Below are positions 51,005-59,230 of a stretch of DNA of 64,000 bases, piece after piece (the first letter of the stretch is position 1; the number at the start of each line of letters is the position of its first letter). Under the pieces are notes generated by a model. The model saw only the letters and a program-made list of their open reading frames with translations, was not told where the DNA came from and did no database searches. The DNA lies in assembly GCA_026225235.1 (NCBI GenBank), contig JAMFSK010000087.1, positions 4,934-68,933 of the forward strand, given 5' to 3'. Made by a program: the position numbers and the translations under genes. Origin of the DNA: Burkholderiales bacterium. Its GTDB lineage: Bacteria > Pseudomonadota > Gammaproteobacteria > Burkholderiales > Burkholderiaceae.

Positions 51005-51045
51005 CTTGTCTGTCCCCAAGGGCGCTCGTGGCGCGAGCACTTTTG

Positions 51046-51948
51046 TTAGTAACGACCTGCTGTTTCAGCGTGAGCGGCCTTCCAGAGCCGCGCGTCTTTT
51101 GGCAAAGCCAGCGGATCGTCGACCTTGGGTTCGGCGCCCTCGATATCGAGCAGGAAGCGCTCGGCCGCACCGGCACGCTCGTACAGCGCACGTGTCAGGT
51201 GTTCGCGTTCGTTGAGCTGTTGCGGGATATCGCGGCGACCAATGGCCATATGCAGCACCCGGCGCGTGATGCCAGTCTTGTTCACCGTGCCGCCGTGCCA
51301 GATTCGTCCATTGATGACGGCGATCGAACCGGCGTTGCCCGTGATATGCACCTCGCGCGGGTGCGTAGCAACGGGGTCGATCGGCATGATGGCTTCTTCT
51401 TCGGGCGTGACCTCAATGCGCTCGGCGTTGACCAGGTTCACATCGGGCACATTGATCGGCACGAGCTTGTGCGAGCCCGGCACGACCCGCGTCGGGCCGT
51501 TTTCCTCGGTCATGTCGTCGAGCATGACCATCGTGTTGACCATGCGCCAATCGTTGTCGTGAGTGCGCCAGACATCGCTATGCAAGGGTTGCTGGCCCTG
51601 CCCTTTGGCGGGATTGCGGGCATTGAGCGAATACATGCGGATTTCGCCCATCAGCCGGTGCGCAAGCGCCAGCGTCGGACCGCAACGAAGGCAGCGATCG
51701 AATGCGCCCGATTTGTTGAACAGGTTTGACAGGCGCATCGCGCCGGGTTCGATATGGACTTCGTGACCGCCGTAAGCGCCTTCGATTTTCTGTAGCCGGT
51801 CGACCTCGCTGCGCATGTCTTCGAGTTCTGCCGGGGAAAATACATTCGGGAAAATGCAGTAGCCATCCCGGTCGAAGGTGTCGATCTGTTCCTGCGTGAG
51901 GATCGATTCCGAAATACCCAACTGCGCAAGTGCTTCAGCGGTGTTCAT
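51046..51948 (-). CDS. Phytanoyl-CoA dioxygenase (PhyH)-family 2OG/Fe(II) oxygenase
   Basis: FDRDGY, PLHSD (HxD), LDDMTEENGPTRVVPGSH, WHGG...RR. Confidence 0.88.
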   Translation of the reverse strand: MNTAEALAQLGISESILTQEQIDTFDRDGYCIFPNVFSPAELEDMRSEVDRLQKIEGAYGGHEVHIEPGAMRLSNLFNKSGAFDRCLRCGPTLALAHRLMGEIRMYSLNARNPAKGQGQQPLHSDVWRTHDNDWRMVNTMVMLDDMTEENGPTRVVPGSHKLVPINVPDVNLVNAERIEVTPEEEAIMPIDPVATHPREVHITGNAGSIAVINGRIWHGGTVNKTGITRRVLHMAIGRRDIPQQLNEREHLTRALYERAGAAERFLLDIEGAEPKVDDPLALPKDARLWKAAHAETAGRY

Positions 51949-52055
51949 CCTGTGTCTCCGAAGAAAATCGATGGTTTGTCTCGATGCCTGTCGTGTTGCT
52001 TTTTTATGATGTTCTGAGGGCGTTCATCGCCGCCCCGATTCCTGTAGAGGTTGCG

Positions 52056-53117
52056 CTACGCCTGCGCGTGCTCGACTACAGGCGCATCGGTGCGCAGCAG
52101 GCCCTCGGTGCGAAGATCGCTCCACAATTGCGGAGGAATCAGCGTTTGCATCGATTCAACGTTGCCTTCCACCTCGGCCGGCGTAATCGCACCGGGAATC
52201 ACGCTGACCACAACCGGGTGCATCAGCGGGAACTGCAAGGCGGCATCGCGCAGCGGCACGTAATGGGCGCGGCATACCGCCTCGATCGACGCCACACGCT
52301 TAAGAATCGCGGGCGAGGCGGGCTCGTAGTTGAAATAGGCACCTGACTTCGGACCGGTCGCGAGGATGCCCGAGTTGAACGGGCCGCCGATGATCACACC
52401 CATGCCCTTCTGGGCACACAGCGGCAAAAACGAGTCGAGCGATTCCTGCTCGAGCAAGGTGTAGCGCCCCGCCAGCAGGAACAGGTCGACATCCGTGTTG
52501 CGGGCCACGGTCTCCGAGACCTGCCATTCATTGACGCCGATGCCGATCGCGGCGACCACGCCCTGGCCACGCAAATCGCTGAGTGCACGCACGCCGCCGT
52601 CGAGAAATTCACGTGTGCGCTGCGCACTCGCTTCAGCGCTGCCGTGCGTGAAGATGTCGATGTCATGGCACAGGGCAATATCGACGCGGTCGGCGCCCAG
52701 GCGCTCGAATGAAGCCTCGAAGCTGCGCATCACGCCGTCGTACGAGTAGTCATAGATGACTTCGCGAGCGGGCACCTCGAAGAACTTGCCAATACCGTCA
52801 CGCCGTTCCGGCGCGCAGCGTTTCAATAGCCGCCCTACTTTGGTCGACAAGACATAGTCGTCGCGCGGCTGTTCGCGCACGAACGATCCGACGCGCGTTT
52901 CAGCCAATCCATACCCGTAGAGAGGCGCCGTGTCGTAGTAACGCACGCCTAGCTGCCAGGCCGTTTCAAGGGTCAACCGCGCCTGCTCGCCGGTCACGAC
53001 GCGGTAGAGGTTCCCGAGGGGCGCGCTGCCAAAGCCGAGGGAAGTGAATTGCAACGCCCGGCCAGAACGGCTCGTAAATTGGCGTCGGCTCAGCTGGCAG
53101 GAAGGTGCTCGCGACAC
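52056..53117 (-). CDS. Aldo/keto reductase, D-threo-aldose (L-fucose/L-galactose) 1-dehydrogenase-like
   Basis: GFGSAPLGNL, DTAPLYGYG, STKVGR, YDYSYDG, HD, LLAGRYTLL, GGPFNSGIL. Confidence 0.88.
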   Translation of the reverse strand: MSRAPSCQLSRRQFTSRSGRALQFTSLGFGSAPLGNLYRVVTGEQARLTLETAWQLGVRYYDTAPLYGYGLAETRVGSFVREQPRDDYVLSTKVGRLLKRCAPERRDGIGKFFEVPAREVIYDYSYDGVMRSFEASFERLGADRVDIALCHDIDIFTHGSAEASAQRTREFLDGGVRALSDLRGQGVVAAIGIGVNEWQVSETVARNTDVDLFLLAGRYTLLEQESLDSFLPLCAQKGMGVIIGGPFNSGILATGPKSGAYFNYEPASPAILKRVASIEAVCRAHYVPLRDAALQFPLMHPVVVSVIPGAITPAEVEGNVESMQTLIPPQLWSDLRTEGLLRTDAPVVEHAQA

Positions 53118-53162
53118 GACTGAATCCTTTTGGAAGGGGCGCGGTTATTGTGGGTCAGACGG

Positions 53163-53214
53163 TGTACAGTCCTATTGTGGACATTGAATACTTTGTACAT
53201 AGTGCAATGTATAC
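53163..53214. promoter_or_regulatory. Candidate GntR operator array
   Basis: TGTACA 53163, TGGACA 53178, TGTACA 53194, TGTATAC 53208 (about 15-bp period) in the divergent intergenic region. Confidence 0.4.
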
Positions 53215-53416
53215 GATGTTCATTCTCTCGCTATCCGTGCTTACCCGAGGGGGATTCCAGGCGCACAAAAGAGGGAGGATGGGGTGACTCAGGCGGTCGC
53301 GCGCGGCTTGCCGAAATGCGCTACGCTCCGACCGGCGAAAGCTTTTCGGCGAAGTTATGCTTCGTTTCGAACAAAATAATCAGGCACTACACGACTTACC
53401 GCGAATTGAATCAACC

Positions 53417-54424
53417 ATGAGTTCCAAGCCTTCTGCCTCGAGCCTCGGCTCCAACCCCGACGATCACGCGCCGATGCAGCAGCGTGTCTATGCGCATATC
53501 AAAGCCATGATTGAAGACGGGCGCATTCGCCCGGGGGAACGCTTGCTTGAAGTCCACGTAGCGCGCGCTTTTGCAGTGAGCCGTTCACCGGCACGGCGGG
53601 CACTCGAAGCCCTCTGCGTCGACAAGACCGTGCGCGCTGCACAGGGCAGAGGGTATGTGGTGGTCGGGCGGAATGCCGATGGCGATCAGGGCGATCTTGC
53701 CAACATCGCCGAGATGATCGTTCAACCGATGCCGCGATGGAAACAGGTCTATGCCGAGATGGAACAGCAGATCTGTGTTGGCGTTGTGTACCATTCACTG
53801 CGGATCACCGAAGACCGTGTCGCGGAGCACTTCGAGGTGAGCCGTACTGTGGCGCGCGACGCGCTGAGCCGGCTGCATAGCCTCGGGGTCGTCAACAAAG
53901 ATCGCCAGGGCCGCTGGGAGGCCGAGCGCATCACAGCCGACCGGCTGCGCGCCTTATACGAATTGCGCTGGCTGCTCGAGCCGCAAGCGTTGATTCAGTC
54001 GGCACGCGCCTTGCCTCGCGAACGCGTAGGCCAGGCGCACGACGAGTTGCGCGCGGCACTCGATGACATGCCCAAGCTTGGCAGCGATACGCACATCAAG
54101 CTTGAGAACGACCTACATATCGCATTGTTGTCCGCCTGCCCGAACCAGGAACTGCTGCGCGTACTCGATCGGACCCATTCGCTGCTGGTCTCCAACCCGC
54201 ATCGACTCAATTTCTGCGTCGGTGAGCCGCAGGCGCACGTGGAAAGCAGTCTGCGCGAGCACCTCGTTGTGCTTAGGCTCTGGCTCGACCAGAGTGCAGA
54301 GGCGGCGGCGGAAGCGTTGCGCCAGCATTTGCAGGATTCTTGTGCGTTCTGGATCAACAGTTGGGACAACGTCGAAGCACAACCTACTCCGCCGCTCCCG
54401 TCCTATATGACGCCTACCGATTGA
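53417..54424 (+). CDS. GntR regulator with two wHTH domains plus FCD
   Basis: LEVHVARAFAVSRSPARRAL and TEDRVAEHFEVSRTVARDAL; FCD domain (LH...N...EH). Confidence 0.88.
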   Translation: MSSKPSASSLGSNPDDHAPMQQRVYAHIKAMIEDGRIRPGERLLEVHVARAFAVSRSPARRALEALCVDKTVRAAQGRGYVVVGRNADGDQGDLANIAEMIVQPMPRWKQVYAEMEQQICVGVVYHSLRITEDRVAEHFEVSRTVARDALSRLHSLGVVNKDRQGRWEAERITADRLRALYELRWLLEPQALIQSARALPRERVGQAHDELRAALDDMPKLGSDTHIKLENDLHIALLSACPNQELLRVLDRTHSLLVSNPHRLNFCVGEPQAHVESSLREHLVVLRLWLDQSAEAAAEALRQHLQDSCAFWINSWDNVEAQPTPPLPSYMTPTD

Positions 54425-54624
54425 ATCGGCGCGCGAGCTAAGGTGCTGCGGCCTCCGTGCAATCTCGCCAGCTCGCCCCCTCCTGCGAGCCAAATATTGG
54501 GAATCGCGACGTGATGGCTTAAGACGGGCAGGAAATGTCCCAAAACCATCGCTACCAGCGCGTCTCTGAAGAACCATAAAACGTAGAGTGGTGCCCTCTG
54601 TGCTCTACCCCAGGACGAACTGGC

Positions 54625-55176
54625 ATGTTTCAGAACCAATCCACAAGTACCAAAGACGAACTCTTCGGCCGGCTTGTCCCCTTATTGCAAGAGGTCAAAG
54701 ACATGACCACAAGCAACGAGGTAGAACAACGGCTGAATAAGAAATATGGCGTTGAAAGTGCGTTGTACCAAGACCTGGCGCGACTGATTACCCTCGGCGT
54801 ACAGGCAGGCTGGGCGGCTGACGCCGAAATTGCCGGCCCTCGCTATCGCCGCTCGCGACTCGCTCCGCCCAGCGAGGCGACATGCTTCTTCAGCGTCACA
54901 GCGGTGCTGATGGACAGCACCGATAACACCCAGGGCAACCCCGAAGGTAGCTTCCGTGGCGACTATCATTTGCACCCGTATGGGGAGTTCAATCTCGTCG
55001 TACCGCTCAACGAAGGCGCGGCGATCGCAGGTCCAAATGGCTGGTGTTATGGAGGCTGGACAGCACCTGAGCCCGGAAGCCACCACTTTCCGGAAGCCAA
55101 GGGCGGCGCGGTCATCTCGCTTACTTTTCTGCCTGCAGGGCGGATTGCGTTCGACGTTGAGCCGACGCAGCGTTGA
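54625..55176 (+). CDS. DUF4863 protein, hydroxylaminobenzoate lyase/mutase (PnbB/NbaB)-like
   Basis: YHLHPYGEFN, GWTAPEPGSHHFP, FLPAGRI. Confidence 0.75.
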   Translation: MFQNQSTSTKDELFGRLVPLLQEVKDMTTSNEVEQRLNKKYGVESALYQDLARLITLGVQAGWAADAEIAGPRYRRSRLAPPSEATCFFSVTAVLMDSTDNTQGNPEGSFRGDYHLHPYGEFNLVVPLNEGAAIAGPNGWCYGGWTAPEPGSHHFPEAKGGAVISLTFLPAGRIAFDVEPTQR

Positions 55177-55279
55177 CGTGCTCGGGCAGGCCATCCCGTC
55201 AGGGCACGTTCCGTTGACTCCCGGAGTTCCACCTCGAACACGCCCTCCGCGGCCTGCAGAGCAAGTCCATTGAACACCA
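55175..55279 (-). pseudogene. C-terminal remnant of a TetR paralogous to the gene at 61926-62534
   Basis: VFNGLALQAAEGVFEVELRESTERALTGWP versus VFNGLALQAAEGMSEVELRESAERALMGWP; DNA aligns to about 61945-62050. Confidence 0.85.
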
Positions 55280-55297
55280 GGTGGCCTGCATGCTCTC

Positions 55298-56044
55298 TCA
55301 AGCAACCTGCCGAGTCGGCCGAAACAATATCTCGTTCACGTCCATGTCGTCGGGCTGGTCGATGGCGAAGGCCTGGGCCCGCCCGAAGGAGTCGGCCGGG
55401 ATGGCATTGGCCTGGTAGAAGTCTTGCATGCCTCGCGCCACGTCCGGCTCGGTAATGCTGCCCGGTAGTTCACTGTCCACAGCGCCTGGCGACACGATGG
55501 TGGTACGGATGTTCCAGGGCTTGATCTCTTGCCGCAGGCCTTCCGACAGGGCCCGCACTGCATGCTTGGTCGCGGAATAAACGGCACCGTTGAACATGAC
55601 CTTGTGGCCGGCCACCGACGACACGTTGACGATATGTCCGGACATCTGGCGCTGCATATGGGGCAGCGCCGCCGCGATGCCGTACAGCACGCCCTTCACG
55701 TTTACGTCGATCATGCGGTCCCAGTCGTCGACCTTCAGCCGCTCCAGCGCTGAGAGCGGCATGAGTCCCGCGTTGTTGACCATCACGTCGATACGCCCGA
55801 AGGACTGTACGGCGGTATCAACGAGGTGCTTCACCTCGTCCAGCACGGTGACGTCGGTGGCAACGGTGAGCGTCCGCTGCTCCGGGAGGTTCAACTCGTC
55901 GGCCAATTGCTGCAAGCGCTCGATGCGTCGCGCGCCGAGCACGATGTGCGCAACTTGTGCGCTCAGCAAGCGTGCGGCTGCTTCGCCAAGGCCACTGCTG
56001 GCGCCGGTAATGACGATGACCTTGCCTTTGATCTTGTCGCTCAT
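55298..56044 (-). CDS. SDR oxidoreductase
   Basis: [37 protein letters not shown]. Confidence 0.9.
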   Translation of the reverse strand: MSDKIKGKVIVITGASSGLGEAAARLLSAQVAHIVLGARRIERLQQLADELNLPEQRTLTVATDVTVLDEVKHLVDTAVQSFGRIDVMVNNAGLMPLSALERLKVDDWDRMIDVNVKGVLYGIAAALPHMQRQMSGHIVNVSSVAGHKVMFNGAVYSATKHAVRALSEGLRQEIKPWNIRTTIVSPGAVDSELPGSITEPDVARGMQDFYQANAIPADSFGRAQAFAIDQPDDMDVNEILFRPTRQVA

Positions 56045-56173
56045 GAGACTCTCTTTGGGATGAAGTAGAGCCTGACTATAGGCCGTATGCTCTCGAGCCA
56101 CTGGTGGGCCGGTCCTTGATCGGATCGCAAGCACAGGTTGATACTGTCGGCTCACCATTTCGAGGAGCATGAC

Positions 56174-57141
56174 GTGCCCATCAGCGAACTTCGCGCGATC
56201 GAGATTTTCACAAAGGCCGTCGAGCTCGGCAGCATTCGGCGTGCTGCGGCAACCCAAGGCGTCAGTCCGCAGGCTGCGAGCCAGGCGCTCGCGGCTCTCG
56301 AAGAGCGGCTGGGCATACGCCTGTTGCATCGCACGACAAAGAGCGTGGCCCTCACCTCCGAAGGACAGCAGTTCCTCGAAGCCGCCCAGCCCGCGCTGAC
56401 GGCCCTGGAGCGCGCCATCGACCGCGTTCGCACGGCAAAGGACGAGATCGCAGGGCCGCTGCACATCGTCGCCCCGAAGTATTCGTTCCTGCCACTGCTC
56501 TGGCCCCTGGTCGACGAGTTTTGCAGCCGCCATCCCGAGGTCCAGCCCGACGTAAAACTGGATGACCGCATTGGCAACTGAGTACAAGACCGCGTCGACG
56601 TCGGCTTTCGTATCGGCTCCGCACCAGAAGACGGCGTGTCCGTTCGCCGTCTCTTCGCCATGCAGCTGATCGTCTGCGCGGCGCCGGCCTACATTGCCGC
56701 ACACGGCGCGCCGAACTCGATTGAACAGCTGAGCTCGCATCGACGCAGCGTGTTCCGGCACCCGGCACCGGCCGCGTCCTGCCCTGGCTTCTCAAGGTCG
56801 GTGGCGAGGTCATCTCCCGCGACCTGGTCCCTGCGTTGTCGACGAACGACGCACAGCTCGAGACCGAGGCAGTGCTTTCGGGTCACGAGATCGGCTTGTT
56901 GTAGGGCTTGTCGGCGGCGCCCCTGATTCGTTTGGGACGGCTTGTGCCGCTGCTCACGGATCACACCGACCATATGAGCGTCCACGTTTACTACGGCAGC
57001 AGAGCGGCGCAGCCGTCACGGGTTCGCGCCTTTATCGACCTGACCGTAGAGCGGTTGGCCGGGTCTTCGGACTACGTTCTGGACGCTCGAGAACTTGCCA
57101 CGGCCGAGGCGAAAGGTCTTAGGAAGACGCGCAGGCGATGA
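56174..57141 (+). pseudogene. LysR (CrgA-like) regulator with three lesions
   Basis: HTH and [12 protein letters not shown]; TGA at 56579-56581 (likely from Trp TGG); frameshift near 56765; TAG at 56902-56904; intact C-terminus RVRAFIDL. Confidence 0.9.
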
Positions 57142-57234
57142 CACAACCATCAATGCAGCGGCTGGTAGGCTTCGGGCGACGAATCAAGCCCATCAAGGCC
57201 GGAAGCCCAGCGTTGCTTTTTTTTCGCGCGGCCG

Positions 57235-57261
57235 TCAAGAAACGTCCTCCCTTGCCGATAA
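57235..57261 (+). promoter_or_regulatory. Sigma28 (FliA) promoter for the downstream MCP
   Basis: TCAAG-N14-GCCGATAA; palindrome TGGTATACCA just downstream at 57275-57284. Confidence 0.7.
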
Positions 57262-57524
57262 GTTATTAAGCGACTGGTATACCATCGCAGGTATAGCTAA
57301 CTGTAACTGTAACTATTCAAGCCGCGCTTTCGACCAAAAGCCGTGGAGGTAAGAGCCGCCATACCAAGGGGCTCTGGTCTCGTTCCAACATACCTCGCTG
57401 TGCGGATTTTCAAAAAAGTCTCACATTGCGCGCCAATCGGCGTGCCTGTGGTTGAAAAAACACGCACATGCTTCGCCGAACTTCTCACGTCGGTGACGCA
57501 GGCACTCAAGGCCTGAGGCTCTGA

Positions 57525-58973
57525 ATGTTAGATCTGCATCTCGGTCACGCTAAGCGCGATTCTGTTCTTGTCGATATCGCACGATCCGCCGATGTCGTCA
57601 TGTACGCCACGACCCTTGTTTCGTCTGCCGCCGCGCTTGCGATAGGCCAGTACTACGACTCGCTCCAGCTTGCTGTACTCGTGAGCGCAATCGTTTGCAT
57701 CCTTACGACGCTGACGTTTCTTTCAGCTCGCGGAACGACGTTGTCCCGAGTGGTTTTGACGACCGGCAACGTCTGTCTTGTCATTCTGCATATCCAGCTA
57801 GGACGCGGAACGGTCGAGTTCCACTTCGGTGTATTTGTGCTACTGGGCCTACTTCTGGTCTACCGCGACTGGCGAGTCCTGGTCCTCGGCGCCACGTTGT
57901 TTATCCTGCATCACTTCGTATTCGATCGACTGCAAGCCTTGAGTTACAACGTCTACTGTACGGCGCAGCCCAACATCCTGATGATCGTGATGCACGTCGG
58001 CTATGTGCTCGGGCAGGTGGGTATAGAGATATACCTCGCGCTAAGGCTCCGTCAGGCCGCAATCGAAGCCTCCGACCTGCTCGCGATTGTTCACAGCATC
58101 GATCGCGATGGGTTGATTTGTCTAGATGTCAGCCAGTTAAATATCACCGCGCCGACCGCGCGCGTCCTCAAGCAAGCCATTGTCAAAATGGGCGGTGCTA
58201 TCAGCGAAGTCAGTATCGTCGCCTCGTCGATCGAGAGCGCTTCAGCGGAAATCGCGCTTGGAAACAACTACCTGAGTCAGAGAACGGAAGCACAGGCAAG
58301 CAGCTTGCAGCAGACGGCGGCTTCAATGGCCGAACTGACCGGCTCGGTCAGGGACTCTGCGCGGACCGCGGAAGAAGCCACGAAACTCGCCAGTTCGGCA
58401 TCGTCGGCAGCGTCGGATGGCGGCGAAGCGGTTGGACTGGTTGTGGAAACGATGAAGGAGATCTCCCAGTCGTCGGAGCGGATCGCCGCGATCAGCTCAG
58501 TGGTCGACAGCATCGCGTTTCAGACTAACATCCTCGCCTTGAACGCGGCAGTTGAAGCTGCACGCGCTGGTGAACAGGGACGCGGCTTTGCCGTGGTAGC
58601 CACCGAAGTCAGATTGCTTGCTCAACGCTCTGCTGGCGCTGCGAAGGAAATCAAGGCACTGATCGGCGATAGCACCGGCAGGGTCGATGTCGGCGTCGAG
58701 CTCGTCGCCGCTGCGGGCGGTGGGATAGAAAACGTGGTTCGCCAGACGCGCCTGGTGAGTCAAATGATCGAGACAATTTCGACGGCCAGTGTGCAACAGA
58801 CCAGCGATATTTCTCAGGTGAGTGATGCGGTTCAGCATCTCGACGAGGTGACACAACAAAATGCTGCACTGGTCGAAGAAAGCGCAGCAGCTACCGAAAG
58901 TCTCAAAGACCAGACAAAACGACTAAAGAATGTCGTGGGTCTGTTCGTTCTACCGCGGCATGCCTTGGCGTAG
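57525..58973 (+). CDS. Methyl-accepting chemotaxis protein with a multi-TM sensor domain
   Basis: About 6 TM N-terminus (EFHFGVF, YRDWR); IAFQTNILALNAAVEAARAGEQGRGFAVVA. Confidence 0.92.
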   Translation: MLDLHLGHAKRDSVLVDIARSADVVMYATTLVSSAAALAIGQYYDSLQLAVLVSAIVCILTTLTFLSARGTTLSRVVLTTGNVCLVILHIQLGRGTVEFHFGVFVLLGLLLVYRDWRVLVLGATLFILHHFVFDRLQALSYNVYCTAQPNILMIVMHVGYVLGQVGIEIYLALRLRQAAIEASDLLAIVHSIDRDGLICLDVSQLNITAPTARVLKQAIVKMGGAISEVSIVASSIESASAEIALGNNYLSQRTEAQASSLQQTAASMAELTGSVRDSARTAEEATKLASSASSAASDGGEAVGLVVETMKEISQSSERIAAISSVVDSIAFQTNILALNAAVEAARAGEQGRGFAVVATEVRLLAQRSAGAAKEIKALIGDSTGRVDVGVELVAAAGGGIENVVRQTRLVSQMIETISTASVQQTSDISQVSDAVQHLDEVTQQNAALVEESAAATESLKDQTKRLKNVVGLFVLPRHALA

Positions 58974-59230
58974 GCTATTCCTGTGTCGCACTGAGCCACC
59001 TCGGAGCTAAGCCCAATGGGTGTAGCGCAACGCGCGTTTCAGGGTCGAGCAGGATGCGTGCGAGTTCGACGTTGGCGGTGGCGATGCTACAAACCTCCTC
59101 GGGGCCATCCGCGGGCCCGAAACGGACACGATTCTGTCCGATTCAGAGCTGTTTCGCGAAGGTGTCCGCTCGTATGCTTGTCAGATATATAGGGGCATTT
59201 GCCCTCCAAAAATAATATCTGGAGACATCG

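Noticed and set aside
55298-56761. 487-aa ORF suggesting an SDR with a long N-terminal fusion
   Set aside because: The extension is the antisense shadow of the LysR pseudogene; the real SDR starts at MSDKIK (56044)
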